The notes under the pieces were generated by a model. That model was not told the origin of the DNA, searched no databases, and was given only the letters and a program-made list of their open reading frames with translations. From contig JANMPT010000077.1 in assembly GCA_031370005.1 (NCBI GenBank), positions 64,001-128,000 on the forward strand: a stretch of DNA of 64,000 bases. The letters are read 5' to 3'. This DNA is from Bdellovibrionales bacterium (GTDB lineage Bacteria > Bdellovibrionota > Bdellovibrionia > Bdellovibrionales > Bdellovibrionaceae). The position numbers were made by a program, and so were the translations under genes. This document shows positions 20,384 to 28,207 of the stretch, one piece after another. Every line of letters starts with the position of its first letter. The stretch's first letter is position 1.

Positions 20384-20633
20384 GTACTCCGTTCTTATCC
20401 AACCCTCCGCACAAAAAGAGATCGAACGACTTCCAAAACCCGCGCAGAACAAAGTCCTAAAGGCTTTGGTTGCTCTTGGTGACAACCCACGCCCTGCGAG
20501 TTGTAAAAAGTTAGTCGGCACCGATGCTTGGCGAGTACGAGTTGGAGAATACAGAATTGTATACTGGGTAGAAGACAACGTACTTAGCGTCGAAGTCATA
20601 AAGGTTGCGCACCGCAAAGATGTCTACCGCTGA
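20376..20633 (+). CDS. RelE/ParE family toxin
   Basis: SAQKEI, NPRP..KKL, WRVRVGEYRIVY, HRKDVYR. Confidence 0.92.
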   Translation: MAKYSVLIQPSAQKEIERLPKPAQNKVLKALVALGDNPRPASCKKLVGTDAWRVRVGEYRIVYWVEDNVLSVEVIKVAHRKDVYR

Positions 20634-20648
20634 TTTATTCCGCTACGC

Positions 20649-20988
20649 TCAGTGGTCTTTGGATTTTTTTCTAGCAACTTGCGCGCTAAAAAACTTTTTA
20701 TCTTTTTCCAACCAAAAGTAATCTTGCACCGTCGAGTTCAGCAGATCTTCGTTTACCCAGAAGTAACCAGGACTGCTTTTATCACATTCTACGTTCATTC
20801 CTTCGTACTGCTTGCAATTGGGGCCATGCGAGTCACGCACCAGATAGCGGCAAGTCCCCGAAGCCACATCATATTTTCTACCGACAAGGATGCTCTCCTT
20901 CTAGCCCGAAGGTTTTCTTGTTCGCCTTATCGTTTAAGCTCTGCAGCAGCTCTGCCGTATCTATTGATCCGAGATCGGATTTTAAGAA
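20649..20988 (-). pseudogene. remnant of a papain-like (C1) cysteine peptidase C-terminus
   Basis: SILVGRKYD..CRYLVRDSHG..C..GYFWV resembles the YLVRNSWG region; frameshifted, no N-terminus. Confidence 0.4.
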
Positions 20989-22071
20989 TCAAGACCGCAT
21001 CCGATACCTCATGCCACGCCCAACGCCTTCTTTCTCAAGGTGACCATCATTCACTAAGTTTCTGAAATGAACTTTCACGGTATTGCGGTTAGCGCCAGTG
21101 GCGGCCACGGCCTCACCGATAGAGGTTGGTCCACGGCTTTTGATGAATTCAATGATCTGCAGAGATAAGGGCGGCATTTTGGTCGCCGCCAATTCATCTT
21201 TCATCTTGGCTTCGAGCGCGGCCTTTTGTTTCTGCATGGACTTGAGAAAGAACTCCAGCCAGTCGTTCACGCCACCGGACTTAATTTTTGTTTTACTTTT
21301 TGTCTTTACATTGAACTGTTCGAGTTCTGCCTGCCCACGGCGCAGAGCCAGATAGCAGGAATCTTTGTTCTCCTCGATAACCCGTTCAAAAGAACTGTAG
21401 GGCACGTAGCTATATCCCAGCTGCAAGAGCAGTAACGTCGTGAGCGCACGCGATAGACGACCATTGCCGTCCTGAAAAGGATGGATGTGCAGGAACACGA
21501 CCACGAACACGGCAATCACAAGCAGCGGGTGCAATTCTTTGCGAGTGATTTGCGTGTTAGTCCATTCGATTAGTTCAGTCATCAAGCCTGGGGTATCAAG
21601 CGGTGCTGCTGTATGGAAGATCACACCTTTGCTTTTGCCATCAGGGCCGAATGCTTCCACACTATTTGCGAACTTCTTGTAATCGCCCCGGTGCCGATCA
21701 TCTTTGGTACTATATTTCAGTAGAATGCTGTGCAGTTGCTTGATGTGGTTCTCGGTAAACGGAATATCTTTGAAAGACGCAAAGATCATCTCCATCAGTT
21801 CCGCATAACCGGCGACCTCTTGCTCATCTCGGGATTTGAGTGAGTATGTTTTCACCCCACGAAGTAGGGCTTCTACTTCAGAGTTGGTGAGCCTCACACC
21901 TTCGATACGGGTGCTGGATCCGACGGATTCGATGGTGGCCACTTGGCGAAGTGCGGCCAGTCTGTCAGGCGCTAATGCCTGAGTAGTCGCCCACCGGCCT
22001 TTGAACTCATCAAGCTCGCCGATAAGATTTGTGATTTCTTTGGGTATTAGGTTTATCTTGGGTGCTCTCAT
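20989..22071 (-). CDS. Fic family protein with C-terminal winged HTH
   Basis: Canonical HPFQDGNGRLSR; N-terminal SSTRIEG inhibitory motif; C-terminal wHTH; ATG 22071 directly follows the operator repeats. Confidence 0.92.
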   Translation of the reverse strand: MRAPKINLIPKEITNLIGELDEFKGRWATTQALAPDRLAALRQVATIESVGSSTRIEGVRLTNSEVEALLRGVKTYSLKSRDEQEVAGYAELMEMIFASFKDIPFTENHIKQLHSILLKYSTKDDRHRGDYKKFANSVEAFGPDGKSKGVIFHTAAPLDTPGLMTELIEWTNTQITRKELHPLLVIAVFVVVFLHIHPFQDGNGRLSRALTTLLLLQLGYSYVPYSSFERVIEENKDSCYLALRRGQAELEQFNVKTKSKTKIKSGGVNDWLEFFLKSMQKQKAALEAKMKDELAATKMPPLSLQIIEFIKSRGPTSIGEAVAATGANRNTVKVHFRNLVNDGHLEKEGVGRGMRYRMRS

Positions 22072-22153
22072 ATACCCAAGAATATACCCATAAACACCCA
22101 TAAAGTCCAAAAATATGGCTATTTATGGGTATATATGGGTGTAATTATGGGTA
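22070..22153. repeat. direct and inverted (T/C)ACCCA(T/A)A repeat array upstream of fic
   Basis: Three forward (T/C)ACCCA units (22070-22102) and three to four inverted TATGG(G)T units (22114-22153) at 10-12 bp period. Confidence 0.8.
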
Positions 22154-22432
22154 AGTGCTGGACAAAGGGCTTATTCCTACCGGCGCGTTTCCCGACAGAT
22201 AGAACAATCGTTTTTTAGGCTCTTCCCCTAGCTTTAACCACGATTGAACCAAAAAGCTCTCGGGCTTCGGTCCACCGTAGAAGCCAATCCAAACAAAACG
22301 AGACTGAGTTAAGGCTCGCTCTTTTCAAAATCGTTTTCTTTTCTCGCAAAGAAAGTGCCGTCAAAACGCCACACCCTTTGTCTTTTCGTTCTTCAGGTTC
22401 GGTTCTCCGCTCTCTCTTAACTCTCGAACTGT

Positions 22433-22849
22433 CTATTTTGAGAGAAACGAAATAACTTGCAAAAAAGAGTACTTCTTAAAATCGGCATCTCGAGTCCAGA
22501 CGCGCTTTACTTTATGTTGCCTTAAGCACAGTGCAATTCTGGCATCAAATACCTCATTGCCCTTTAAGCCTGGAACTTGTTTAGTTATTTCAGAAAGTTC
22601 TTTCCACCAATTTGTGTCTTCATCGAGAATTCTTATATCATAGGCATCAATGAGTTGCGAAAGCGCCTCGACAGCCTTTTCAATTTTCAGCGGTGAAGAG
22701 AAAACTTTAGAGTGGGTCAATAATCTGAGTACCTCGCTGATATTTGTGGGAGTTGTACAAAGCTCATCGTCCAGATTTTCTAATCCACTTGTTATTTCTT
22801 TATGATGTATCGAGTTTGTCTCTCGCCTTGATGAGAAACCCAAGGCCAT
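22433..22849 (-). pseudogene. VapC-like PIN domain toxin, N-terminally truncated, no antitoxin
   Basis: SEVLRLLTH, GNEVFDARIA and TRDADF motifs; the first PIN motif (DTN) is missing. Confidence 0.7.
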
Positions 22850-22860
22850 GGGTTTAGCTT

Positions 22861-23766
22861 TTAAAGCCTTTTCAATGAAGCACAGGCTAGTATGGAAATG
22901 GACGCGCCATAACTTTCAGAAGACGTGGTAAAAGGAGATTTGGAGAGGTTGAAGTCAAGACCTCGGATAAATCCGACCTCCACATTGAGTAGGCCGATTT
23001 TTGACCCTTTCTCGGCATCAGGGCGAATTTTAGCTTTGATCCACTTCGTTGAGGTCTTAAGCCCGACACTTAGATAACTACGATACTTTATTTCAAAATA
23101 ATTTCTGAGACATGTACTTTTGCCAGATTCAAAAACTCCTACAATTTTAGTTCGAACCAAGCAGTAAAGTGTTTTTGCATTTTCGTCTTGAGCGGATTCA
23201 GCAATCAAATAAGGAAGTAAGTTTTGGGCACGAGCCCCTTTATATTTTCCACCGGAAAAAATAGCAGCCGTCAAGCTGTCCGGCTGAAACTTAACGGCAA
23301 TATTACTTTCTGAAAGAAGTTTCTGAAGGGCACCATACTCTTCAAACACTTTTTCAGCGTCACAAATTGCCAGAGTAATTTGTCTTAGATTCGGTCCAAT
23401 TGTTATTTGTTTGAAAAAACGCCCGTCGAGGGGACTCAACTCTTCAGAGTTCTCCGGTTGATAAAGGATAGAGTAATGGTTTGATACTATTTCACTTGAA
23501 TGCGCGATTAATATGACTTCCTCATAATCACCTTCAAGGCAGTCCTTTAATGAAAGCGGAGATCCTGATCTGTAGTGAAATTGTGGCGATTCACCTTCAT
23601 AGCCCATTTTTTTTAAAAGCTGAGATGCTTTTTCTTCAACAGCGACATTGAATTTTTCTTCTCTGATTAGTGAAGCTACACAGGTTTTCACACCTTCGGC
23701 AAATGCTTCAGGGATTTGCATCCCTGAAGCTAACAAAAAAGTAAAAAAGAAAAATCGTGAAAACAT
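22861..23766 (-). CDS. hypothetical secreted protein
   Basis: Signal peptide with AFA site; 301-aa open frame; 5 bp from the upstream gene. Confidence 0.65.
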   Translation of the reverse strand: MFSRFFFFTFLLASGMQIPEAFAEGVKTCVASLIREEKFNVAVEEKASQLLKKMGYEGESPQFHYRSGSPLSLKDCLEGDYEEVILIAHSSEIVSNHYSILYQPENSEELSPLDGRFFKQITIGPNLRQITLAICDAEKVFEEYGALQKLLSESNIAVKFQPDSLTAAIFSGGKYKGARAQNLLPYLIAESAQDENAKTLYCLVRTKIVGVFESGKSTCLRNYFEIKYRSYLSVGLKTSTKWIKAKIRPDAEKGSKIGLLNVEVGFIRGLDFNLSKSPFTTSSESYGASISILACASLKRL

Positions 23767-23771
23767 TTTTT

Positions 23772-24245
23772 TTATTCCGCCTGAATTCCAAAAGATGCCG
23801 CGATATAACCTGCAGTTAGTTCACTGACGCCGGTTCGATTCATGATCTCTTGAATGAGCTGTTGCTTTTGGCTATACTGTTCAAATTTAACAACGCTTTG
23901 AGGCTGTTCTTGAAGTCTAGCCAGGTCAGACTTAATCAGATTAGCCTCGTCCACTGTATAGATGCCTAAAGCAACTTTATCTTGCAAATCAGAATCATTA
24001 ATAGCTCTGACATCATTGACCTTCTCACCTAAAATTGTACCTATAGCTAAAAGAATGAATCCATTATGGGTATTTTTATTCGCTTTCAATTCAGCTGCAC
24101 CCACCATAGCAAAGGCGCCACCACCAAATGCCAGTCCAATACCGGCCCCAGGCACAGCAAATCCAATAATCATTGCACTTGCAGATTGTGGAACACTGGC
24201 GAACATCAAACCAGCCAATAAAACATACAGAATTTGTTTCTTCAT
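23772..24245 (-). CDS. hypothetical secreted protein with Gly-rich hydrophobic segment
   Basis: MKK signal peptide, SD GAGG upstream of 24245, GAGIGLAFGGGAF stretch. Confidence 0.7.
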   Translation of the reverse strand: MKKQILYVLLAGLMFASVPQSASAMIIGFAVPGAGIGLAFGGGAFAMVGAAELKANKNTHNGFILLAIGTILGEKVNDVRAINDSDLQDKVALGIYTVDEANLIKSDLARLQEQPQSVVKFEQYSQKQQLIQEIMNRTGVSELTAGYIAASFGIQAE

Positions 24246-24301
24246 ATTTCCTCTCCAATTATGGGTTAGATATTTTGTTAACTCAATTGTAGCTATATAC
24301 A

Positions 24302-24370
24302 GCATTTTGTATCACATCGCATTGCTATTTATGCATCTGCAAAAATGCAATGCTTGTGCCACTAAAATGT
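24302..24370. repeat. about 70-bp imperfect inverted repeat upstream of the two secreted-protein genes
   Basis: GCATTTT..CACA..GCATTGC..ATTTATGCA-TC-TGCAAAAAT-GCAATGC..TGTG..AAAATGT. Confidence 0.6.
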
Positions 24371-24503
24371 AATTGTTAAATTTACATTATAATTTTTTGG
24401 TTATTTGAATAACAGACTTGGGTTCCTTATAAACTAAGGCCGCCTCAAAAAATCGCCTATTGGCCAATAGATATCGACTCACTCATAAATTTCCCTTTTT
24501 TTG

Positions 24504-25265
24504 TCAATGAGATTTAGCAGCAGCTCTGTGTGGAAAAATAAATATGCAAGCTACAATGAACGCAAAGAGTGCCGCCGAAGCCGAGTATCGACTTAACTCA
24601 AGTCCCCCATGAGCACGCGGCTTGTCCAAAAAATCACCAAGTACAGCGCCCAATGGTCTAGTTAAGATAAACGCCAACCAAAAAAGAATAGTTCTAGAAA
24701 TTTTTGTCCAAAAATAAAGGCCCGTAACAATTGCCAATAATGCACCGAAGATGATAGCGCTGCCACTATAGCCAAAGCCCGCTGAATCTGCGGTCCAATC
24801 GCCCAATGCTGTTCCTAAGGTTTGCGAGAACATAATTGTGATCCAATAAAACAATTCTGATTTTGGATTGTTTATAGAGTTAACTGAAATTGAACCAAGG
24901 CTGCGATGCCAAATAAATAATGAGCCAATTAAAAGCGCCAAAAGTACAGACGAACCACCAGCATATCCAATACCCAGAGAGCGGTCGGCAAAATCCGCCA
25001 TTGTCGTACCGACTGTTGTTGTCGCAATGATTGTGGTCCAATAAATGACCGGATGAAAACGCGCGGCCTTGATTTGAATCACCACAGCCACTAAAAAAAC
25101 TGTCGCAAAAATTGCTGTTCCAACAAGGTAGCCTAAATCCATAGACATCGATACTGCATCCCCTGCCGTTTCCCCAAGAGTCGTGGCTGCAATTTTTATT
25201 ATCCAGAAAAGAAGCGTCAACTCAGGTACTTTACTTAAACCATCTTTAAGATTGCTATTTTTCAT
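24504..25265 (-). CDS. COG4705/DUF347-repeat membrane protein
   Basis: SKVPELTLLFWIIKIAATTLGET, YW..GT..AD repeats, FWLAFILTRPLGA. Confidence 0.9.
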   Translation of the reverse strand: MKNSNLKDGLSKVPELTLLFWIIKIAATTLGETAGDAVSMSMDLGYLVGTAIFATVFLVAVVIQIKAARFHPVIYWTTIIATTTVGTTMADFADRSLGIGYAGGSSVLLALLIGSLFIWHRSLGSISVNSINNPKSELFYWITIMFSQTLGTALGDWTADSAGFGYSGSAIIFGALLAIVTGLYFWTKISRTILFWLAFILTRPLGAVLGDFLDKPRAHGGLELSRYSASAALFAFIVACIFIFPHRAAAKSH

Positions 25266-25349
25266 ATTGCCCCCGAGATTTTACTAAATCCGTCCTAATC
25301 CTAAACACATCAGGTAAATGCATGAAGAGCATCAACTATATTACGAAAT

Positions 25350-25367
25350 GATGAACCGAAGATGAAC
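25350..25367 (-). promoter_or_regulatory. OmpR/PhoB-type direct repeat GTTCATC-N4-GTTCATC upstream of the COG4705 gene
   Basis: Perfect 7-mer at 11-bp period, followed by a TAATAT/TATAGT -10-like sequence. Confidence 0.5.
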
Positions 25368-25416
25368 AGGCGGCAAGTTAACTCCACATGACACAAATGC
25401 GTCGTGTCTGACAATT

Positions 25417-26925
25417 CTATTTACGATATTGGCGCTGTCGAAATGCCGTAAATTGGTATCGACGATTTTTACCCTGCCCCTGAAACTGTAGACTGCCATG
25501 GTCAACAAAACTCATTAAAACGCGCAGAGCACTTCTTAAATTAATTCCAAGGATGCTCGCTGCCTCTTGTGTGGAAAACCACTTTGATTGAATTTTCGTT
25601 TTTAATTCATTTAAACGGAAGCTCTCCTTTGTAACCTCACTGTCTTTTGTCGATATCACTAAATGAATGGGTCTCAGTGGAAGCAGCGAAAGACTTTGAC
25701 GCTCACTACGAACTGATAATGGTATTTTTTGTTCAATGAACCATTCGGAAAGACGTTTTATAAGGTTGCGAATGCGATCGGGTGAGCTTTCCGGATCGAA
25801 GTATTCATTAACATACAGCTTTGAGAACGCCTCTCCTACAGATAAGGGTCGATAAAAATCTTTTGCTAATAGTATAAGAAGTCGATGAACCAAACTCCCC
25901 GATGGCAGTCGGTGCCTGCCGAAACTGCCCTTATCAATATGTAAAATCGGAGCATTGTTTCCAAAACTATCACCAAAGTCCACTTGAAATACCCCAGGCA
26001 GAGATGGTGGATCACTAAATCTTCGCTTCAAGACACTGCGATATCTTGTATAGGGAGTTCCCGCCATCAAAAATAAATAAAGCGCCTCATCATGAGTAAT
26101 TAGAGCTTGAAAGAAATCCATTTGGCGTACGCTTTCCCAGTCAGCCATGTCTTTAGCTTCTAATTTTAGAGTCCTGAGGTTTTTTATATATTCAGGCTCC
26201 TCAGGCTTTTGCATTAAGTTGCCAATGGCTTTCCATTTTTTCAAAAAAAATCGATAAGAGCCGACTTCATCTTTCAGAATTTTAGCTGCCAGCTCTAGTT
26301 GTTGATTGGCCTGCTGATATCTTTTTTGCGCCAAAGCGACCTGAGCAGAAAGCTCAAGTGAATTGGCATATAATAACCGATGGCCTTTAAATTTGCACTC
26401 TGCTCGAATATCTGAAAGCAAATCAAGTGCCGGCCCAAAAAGCTCTTCAGAGACAAATCCTGCCGCCAAGTTTAGTCTCCCTACAAGTCTTTGATAGTCG
26501 CTAATTGCAGTGGACTTTAAGTACTTCTTTAGCAAAGGCAGAGCCCCGGCATAGTTCCATTCTGAAAAAAAAGCATCAACCTGGAACATAATCACTTCCG
26601 GATTTTGTGCCCAGTTTAATTTGGAAAGAATCTCTAAGCCTTGTTTGCGACCGCCAACACGAATAAGAGCTCCCGCATAAAGCGCAAGCTCTTCTTCATT
26701 TGCTGCCGAATCAAGTAAATACTTAGATTGAACAATAGGAGCAAGAATTCTCAACGTAAGATAATTCATACGCGCACGTCGGGTCAATCGAGCAATTGCC
26801 GCAACCCATAGACGAGGAATCTCTTTGGGAACAATCTGCCAAAGCTGCCTGCGGGCAGCATTAATCTGCCCCTGTCGTATCGTCACATCAAGTTGAGTAA
26901 CTAACTCAGTCCATTTATCAGACAT
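25417..26925 (-). CDS. TPR-repeat protein with C-terminal winged-helix DNA-binding domains (putative transcriptional regulator)
   Basis: TPR-like helical repeats; OmpR-like wHTH (LLILLAKDFYRP..RIRNLIKRL); terminal wHTH (FSTQEAASILG..GQGKNRRY). Confidence 0.75.
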   Translation of the reverse strand: MSDKWTELVTQLDVTIRQGQINAARRQLWQIVPKEIPRLWVAAIARLTRRARMNYLTLRILAPIVQSKYLLDSAANEEELALYAGALIRVGGRKQGLEILSKLNWAQNPEVIMFQVDAFFSEWNYAGALPLLKKYLKSTAISDYQRLVGRLNLAAGFVSEELFGPALDLLSDIRAECKFKGHRLLYANSLELSAQVALAQKRYQQANQQLELAAKILKDEVGSYRFFLKKWKAIGNLMQKPEEPEYIKNLRTLKLEAKDMADWESVRQMDFFQALITHDEALYLFLMAGTPYTRYRSVLKRRFSDPPSLPGVFQVDFGDSFGNNAPILHIDKGSFGRHRLPSGSLVHRLLILLAKDFYRPLSVGEAFSKLYVNEYFDPESSPDRIRNLIKRLSEWFIEQKIPLSVRSERQSLSLLPLRPIHLVISTKDSEVTKESFRLNELKTKIQSKWFSTQEAASILGINLRSALRVLMSFVDHGSLQFQGQGKNRRYQFTAFRQRQYRK

Positions 26926-26931
26926 AATGTT

Positions 26932-26958
26932 TCATCGGCATCTAAACTAAGAATCTAA
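26932..26958 (-). promoter_or_regulatory. sigma28 (FliA)-type promoter, apparently leaderless
   Basis: TTAG-15 bp-GCCGATGA, then 6 nt to ATG 26925; no SD. Confidence 0.6.
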
Positions 26959-27106
26959 ATATATTTTGGCATATATTTGAGCAGTCCCATAGTGATACGT
27001 TCCTATAAGTATTCAATATTGCTCAGAGCTCAATAATAATCACGACAAAAATCTCCGTGGGAAGCCCTGTTCATCTCCACTAGACTGAATTAAGTGGAGG
27101 TTTCAA

Positions 27107-28207
27107 GTGGGCAATATTATTAAAGCACTAGAGCTTTGCAAATGGGCACCTTCAGGGGGCAACACTCAGCCCTGGGCTATTGCAATTGAAGAGCTCACAG
27201 ATGATAGCTTAACTATAAACTTATCTCTATCAAAGCAATGCAAAAAAAACGACATACTAATGGAGGCCTACGGCGCAGGTGCCCTTTACTCTTTGGGCAC
27301 ACTTTCTCAGACTGTTAAAAAAATTCTATCTAAGCTGGGTTGGGAAATCAGCCAAGATCAGTTCTTTACTCAAGAAAGTGCATATGAATGCTGCGCAGTT
27401 TTAAAATTCGTTCAAACACAAAAACTTTCACCCGTATGGAGTGATATTGAAAATATGCTCCAGGACAGACGCAGCAATCGCAATCTTTACCTTCGCACTC
27501 CACTTGCTGAGCGGACAAAAAAAGATCTCTCAAACTTACTTAGTAAGTATCCAAAATTGAAATTAGATATACACGAAGCAACAAGAAATAAAGTTGCTGG
27601 CATACTGGCAAGGATTGAAACTATTCGCTGCCAAAATCAGCGTATGTCAAAAGAGTTCTTAAGCGAAATCCACTTTGCGCCTTCCCAAACTGGTTTGCCG
27701 TATAAAACCCTGAGCCAAGCATTTTGGTCCATAGCCATAATGAAGCTATGGAAAAAAGCCACTTGGCTTCGGTTTATATTTTTTGTCGGTGGGCAATGGA
27801 TCTTTAGATACATGGCAGTTGATCGACCAATCTATCACTCAAGTGCCCTAGTTACAATTCAGGCACAAGAGTTGGACCATGAATCCATTTACCAGGTTGG
27901 ACAATATCTATGCGATAGCTGGTTCTTACTCGGAGAACAGGCTTATGATGTTCAAGTCTTTGGTCTTCCTATTTTCTCCCTTCTATCTCTACTACATCCA
28001 AATGCCAAGCAGATCTTATCTGGCAAGGATCGAAACATCCTCCTCCAAACCCAGACTGAACTAAATAAATTAGGAATTGATATTACTAAACCTTGCTTGA
28101 TGTTTCGCTGCGGAATCGCCAAAAAAGAAGCCCTGCTAACACCGCGCAAACCATTAAATATTTCTGTTTTTAAAAACTCACAGCCGCAAATTCGGGAGCA
28201 AATATGA
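27107..28207 (+). CDS. nitroreductase-fold flavoprotein (Acg/OxzB-oxidase-like, duplicated fold)
   Basis: WAPSGGNTQPW, DRRSNRNLY and TPRKP motifs; GTG start with GGAGG SD. Confidence 0.75.
   Translation: MGNIIKALELCKWAPSGGNTQPWAIAIEELTDDSLTINLSLSKQCKKNDILMEAYGAGALYSLGTLSQTVKKILSKLGWEISQDQFFTQESAYECCAVLKFVQTQKLSPVWSDIENMLQDRRSNRNLYLRTPLAERTKKDLSNLLSKYPKLKLDIHEATRNKVAGILARIETIRCQNQRMSKEFLSEIHFAPSQTGLPYKTLSQAFWSIAIMKLWKKATWLRFIFFVGGQWIFRYMAVDRPIYHSSALVTIQAQELDHESIYQVGQYLCDSWFLLGEQAYDVQVFGLPIFSLLSLLHPNAKQILSGKDRNILLQTQTELNKLGIDITKPCLMFRCGIAKKEALLTPRKPLNISVFKNSQPQIREQI

Larger units (their letters stand above)
10198..25300. mobile_element. decayed tRNA-Leu-anchored genomic island / integration hotspot (right boundary uncertain)
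   Basis: Starts at the tRNA 3' end; contains an integrase relic, a degenerate tRNA 3' copy, TA and Fic genes, metal-efflux cargo and several gene fragments. Confidence 0.65.

Noticed and set aside
22070..22153. Possible CRISPR array or replication iterons
   Set aside because: Units are about 10 bp, have no spacers and switch orientation; no cas or rep gene is present; better explained as an operator
26966..26982. TTGGCA...TTGAGC as a sigma54 promoter for the nitroreductase operon
   Set aside because: GG-to-GC spacing is 11 nt, not the required 10
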